Positions 59,147 through 64,000 of a DNA stretch of 64,000 nucleotides are shown here, piece after piece. The notes below the pieces were generated by a model, which ran no database searches, was not told the DNA's origin, and saw only the letters and a list, made by a program, of their open reading frames with translations. The first letter of the stretch is position 1; every line of letters begins with the position of its first letter. The position numbers and the translations under genes were made by a program. This DNA comes from the human T2T-CHM13v2.0 reference genome, Homo sapiens, in NCBI RefSeq assembly GCF_009914755.1, contig NC_060929.1. One strand, 5' to 3'.

Positions 59147-61040
59147 TTTTTTTTTCTTTTTTTTTAAGTTTTCAGTTCAGGGGTACATGTACAGGATGTG
59201 CAAACTTGTTACATAGGTAAATGTGTGTCATGGGGGTTTGTTGTACAGATTACTTCATCACCCAGGTATTAAGCCTAGTATCCATTAGCTATTTTTCCTG
59301 ATCCTCTCCCTCCTCCCACCCCCCACCCTCCAACAGGCCCCAGTGTGTGTTGTTTCCTGCATGTGTTCATGTGTTCTCATCGTTTAGCTCACATTTATAA
59401 GTGAGAACATGTGGTATTTGGCTTTCTGTTCCTGTGTCAGTGTGCCTCTAGCTCCATCCATGTCCCTGCAAAAGACATGATCTCATTCCTTTTTATGGCT
59501 GCATAGCATTTCATGGTGTATATGTACCACATTTTCTTTATCCAGTCTATCATTGATGGGCATTTAGCTTGATTTCATGTCTTTGCTATTTTGAATAGTG
59601 CTGCAGTGAACATATGCATGCATGTGTCTTTATAATAGAACAATTTATATTCCTTTGGGTATATACCCAGTAACGGGATTGCTGGGTCAAATGGTATTTC
59701 TGTCTCTAGGTCTCTGAGCAATCTCTGCACTGTCTTCCACAATGGTTGAACTAATTTATGCTTCCACCAACAGGGAAAATTGCTCCTTTTTCTCCACAAC
59801 CTTTCCAGCATCTGTTATTTTCTGACTTTTTAATGATAGCCATTCTGACTGGTGTGAGATAGTATCTCATTGTAGTTTTGATTTGCATTTCTCTAATGAT
59901 CAGTGATGTTCAGCATTTTTTTTTCATATAACTGTTGGCTGCATGTATATCTTCTTTTGAGAAGTGTCTGTTCATGTCCTTTGCCCACTTGTTAATCTGG
60001 TTAGTTGTTTTTTCATTCTAAATTTGTTTAAGTTCATTATAGATGCTGGATATTAGTCTTTGGTCCAATGCATAGTTTGCAAAATTTTTTTCCCATTCTA
60101 TAGGTTGTCTGTTTACTCTGTTGACAGCTTCTTTTGCTGTGCAGAATCTCTTTAGTTCAATTAGATTCCATGTGTCAATTTTTGCTTTTGTTGCAATTGC
60201 TTTTGGCATCTTCATCATGACATCTTTGCCCATATCTATGCTTGAATGGTATTGCCTAGGTTTTCTTCTAGGGTTTTTATGGTTTTGGGTTTTACATTTA
60301 AGTCTTTAATATATTTTAAGTTGATTTCTGTATATAGTGTAAGGAAGGGGTCCACTTTCAATTTTCTGCATATGGCTAGCCAGTTCTCCCAGAACCATTT
60401 ATTAAATAGGGAATCCTTTCTCCATTGCTTTTGTCAGATTTGTCGAAGATCACACAGTTGTAGGTGTGCGATCTTATTTCTGGGTTCTCTGTTCTGTTCC
60501 ATTGGTTTGCGTGTCTGTTCTTATACCAGTACCATGCCATTTTGGTTACTATAGCCCTGTAGTATAGTTTGAAGTCTGGTAGCATGATGCCTCCAGCTTT
60601 GTTCTTTTTGCTTAGGATTGCCTTGGCTACCCGGGCTCTTTTTTTGGTTCCATATGAATTAAAATAGTTTTTTTCTAGTTCTGTGAAGAATGTCAATGGT
60701 ACCTTAATGGGAATAGCATTGTATCTATAAATTTATTTCGGCAGTGTGTCCATTTTCACAATATTGATTCTTCCTTTCCATGAGCATGAAATGTTTTTCC
60801 ATTTGTTTGTGTCATATCTGATTTCACTGAGCAGTGGTTTGTAGTTCTTGTTGTAAAGGTCCTTCACTTCCATTATTAGCTGTATTCCTAGATATTTTAT
60901 TCATTTTGTGGCAGTTGTGAATGGAAGTCCATTCTTGATTTGGCTTTTGGCTTGACTGTTGGTATACAGAAATGCTAGCAATTTTTACACATTGATTTTG
61001 TATCCTAAGACTTTGCTGAGGTTGCTTATTAGCATAAGAA
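59147..61040 (-). mobile_element. 5'-truncated L1PA element (ORF2 C-terminal remnant plus 3'UTR)
   Basis: ORF2p remnants ([31 protein letters not shown]); poly-T tail; TSD-like tgaaaaaaaaccactattt / tgaaaaacacactattt. Confidence 0.94.
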
Positions 61041-62189
61041 GTGAAAAACACACTATTTATTTAAAACTCCCACATAAAAAGCTGATAGTTATGTTGCTTG
61101 AAATATATAATTCAGAGTATTTTGCTCTAAAATTTTGCTTTGCTAATATTTCCTAATATAATCAAGCTTCTAAATTACAAAATGGTACTCTGAAATATCA
61201 TGAGACTTTAAATCAAATAAAAATAAAATATCTAAAAATATTACAAATTAATTTCTGTGTGCATAATAATTTCTATATTAGTATAATTAACAAGATTCCA
61301 TGAATATATTGTTTCTAATTTAAAGTGACAAGAATTCTATTGGAGATTAAGAAGTAGGTCAATCAATTGATCAGTAAATTCAGTCACTTTATCCTTATGG
61401 TATTTGAAGTAGCTAGTAAAATTCAATACAAGACAATATCACTGCAGTCATGTAGTCTAATAGCCTTTGTTTAAAATGATGGGTGTTTGAGCAGGTTGGG
61501 TAAATACACTGCTGTACTCCATAAGAACCAGAACTAAAAATAGTACAGTATGATACCTTTGATAACTCCAAGTTTCTTTAAAACAACATCATGTTATACA
61601 TACCAGAATGTGGACATAATTATTTTTGATAAGTAAATGTAGGATTCATTTGTAAGAGAACATGGTTAAATATTCATAACTATAATTGTACTTCCTATAG
61701 TTAGTGGCTGTCTCAATATAGTCAAAAGGTTTATCTCAACTGATTCTACAATCTATTCTCCATAACTCTATCAGTAGGAGACCATTTCTCTTATAGGACC
61801 ATGCCTGTGGGTTTCAAAGATCACATGAAAGTAACTCTCAGCTTTGTTAGATATTATCCTTGTCATGTAGCTGCTTTGTCTGAAAAGCACTTAGACTATA
61901 AAGTTTAAGTGAAGCACCATGTTTTATATTCTAATTGATCACTGATTGGCCAAGCACTGTTTACTGGACTGTTTATGTAAAAAGCACTGTGCCAGCTTAA
62001 GGAGGAATACAAAAATCTACAGTACAGCCTTGCCTACCTAGCTGGAAAGGTAAGTTAAATGCATGTGTACCAAGATGTCCTGGTTGATCCAAGCTGAGAG
62101 TGGACAGATAACAATTCTTCCCAATACTACGCTATTCCGCTTCAGGGTTTAATTTGCATGAGTATTTGTATTGGAAGGGCAGGGGACAG

Positions 62190-62415
62190 AAAGCTCTGGC
62201 TGGGTACAAAATCTAGAGCTACTCGCTATTTATCAGATATGTGTATCTCTGGGTAAGTAATAATTATCTTCAATGCCAAGTCCTTATGTTTAACATGAGA
62301 GTAACAATAGTATATATTTTATAAGATTATAGAGAGAATCAAATTAGATAACACATATAAAATGCTTAGCATAGTGCTTGATAACTAATAAGTGAACAAT
62401 AAATGTTGTTTATGT
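62190..62415 (+). mobile_element. MIR SINE
   Basis: ctgggtacaaatct...ctgggtaagt...agataacacatataaaatgcttagcatagtgc...caataaatgtt. Confidence 0.75.
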
Positions 62416-62849
62416 GAGGAAGTAGATTCCCTAGTGTGAGTTTTCTCTTTAGGAGAGTGGTTAAGCCTGAAGCTAAATAAATTGCTTTCAGATAAACTTT
62501 GTGAGATTTGAGTTCCAAACAGTACTGCTTGGGAGCTAAGGACATAAAATCAGATTCAGGGCTTGGGAGGGAGCAAGCTCTGCCTTTCTGCTTGGAACAC
62601 AGTGAGGCCTGAGGAGTTGTGATGACCTTTGGCACCACATGGCTTTACAGTTTGGAGAGCACCAGGAGAGAAGCAATATTCTCACAAGAGACACTGCTCC
62701 TAAGTGCCTTTTGGGAACCAAACATTGAGATGGATGGGAGAGAATATGGGGAACTGGTCCTGAGCAGATGTGAGAAAACAAAGATTATCAGAAATGACTG
62801 AAGCTATTTACACAAGGAAAGGCTATGAACCTCATTTGTATACTAACAG

Positions 62850-63400
62850 GCTGGTAGGGCCCGATGACATTTGCCTCATTCACATATAAACACAATGAAA
62901 ATATAAGGCAGTGCATGCTAAGGGCAAATAAAGTAGCCAAGAAGAAAGTTCACTATGAAGTTCAGGGGAGCAAGAGATTAGCGTTAAGACAGAGCATTCA
63001 AAGCTCCGAAACATCAGCTGGGCTTTGCAGACTGGTGGAAGCCAAGTTGTTTATGGCAGGTCTTTAAGTAGGAAAGATAGGTGAGCCAAGGTGTGGAGTG
63101 AACACATGCTTGGGGCTTTGGGGACAACAACTGTTACAGGAGTAAGTTGCAAAGAAATAGTGGGGAAAAGGTTAGAAAACTATTCTGGGATCATATTTGA
63201 ATGGTGAAGGGACTTGGGTGCTTCAGGTGTTGGGGAACTACAGAAGAAAGATTTTGATTTGGGAAACCTACAGTGAAACTAGTAATTGATAAAGTTAATC
63301 AGGCTTCGCTTGTGGTACGTAATAGGAGAGATGCACAGGAGTATGTGAAAATGGTGAAAAGCTCTTCCTAGATGAAGTGGGACAGCAGTGAGATGTAATA
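62850..63400 (-). mobile_element. Degenerate L2-like fragment
   Basis: Purine-rich antisense L2-type text; weak. Confidence 0.4.
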
Positions 63401-63630
63401 TTATACTGACATAACATTACTTACCATTTTCTTAAAAAGCATTTAAAGGGGAAAAAAAGAAACTAATTAGGAGAAGTATGGTCTTATACTACTCCTCGAT
63501 TTCCATTCAGAATTTTCTGATGATTACTACTCTGTGCTCCAACGGATATAGCTGTAGGCCACATCTTGCTTGTTTGTAAGTTCACAAGCACCCTTCGTGA
63601 TACACTGAAATTCCCAGTGTTAATCTAATA

Positions 63631-63670
63631 CTCTGTCTCTGTCTGTCTCTGTCTCTCTCTTTCTCTCTCT
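63631..63670 (+). repeat. (CT/CTGT)n simple repeat
   Basis: ctctgtctctgtctgtctctgtctctctct... Confidence 0.85.
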
Positions 63671-64000
63671 AGGTCTAATTCAGATTGTGCTTTGGAAATA
63701 TAACTGCAGTCCTACAATTTTTTTAGGCATTTCAAACCCTGCGTATTGATACATTTCTATATAATGGTAGTTGTGATAGAACAGTGTCATATAAAAATAT
63801 AGTTTTCTCTCATTCAGAGTCATTGAAATAAATTTTTTCAAATAGGTTGGTAAAGCGATTTAATGCTTTTGACTGCTGCTAACCCAGCTGAATGTTGATA
63901 CATGCTATTGGTTTACATCTTTCTTCCAATGTTTGCCTAGGAAAAAAATGTTATTCAACTCGAGCAATGACTAGGTTTTTCGAGGACATTCTTATAACTA

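Overview
Human/primate AT-rich genomic DNA lying entirely inside one minus-strand protein-coding gene, recognised from its spliced translation as KIAA0825. Six coding exons (165/180, 225, 409, 160, 159 and 95 nt) were rebuilt by hand from GT-AG sites and join in frame into about 404 aa of the C-terminal half; neither start nor stop codon is in the window. The rest is intron, densely filled with Alu, L1, L2, MIR, DNA-transposon and solo-LTR fossils. Family and subfamily names were assigned by eye from remembered consensus sequences, and boundaries of old repeats are approximate. Most ORFs in the track are repeat-derived or spurious. No prokaryote-type system, RNA gene or CRISPR array is present. 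The best lead is that exons 41408 to 20148 align by eye, almost without gaps in the core, to the RasGAP/plexin-GAP fold but lack the catalytic residues (candidate pseudo-RasGAP domain). Other leads: a direct-inverted-direct triplication forming a perfect 38-bp hairpin at 26.7-26.8 kb, an inversion with an Alu at both breakpoints indicated by an inverted TSD at 49.6-50.2 kb, a duplicated in-frame splice acceptor, and homeodomain-motif clusters in repeat-poor intron.
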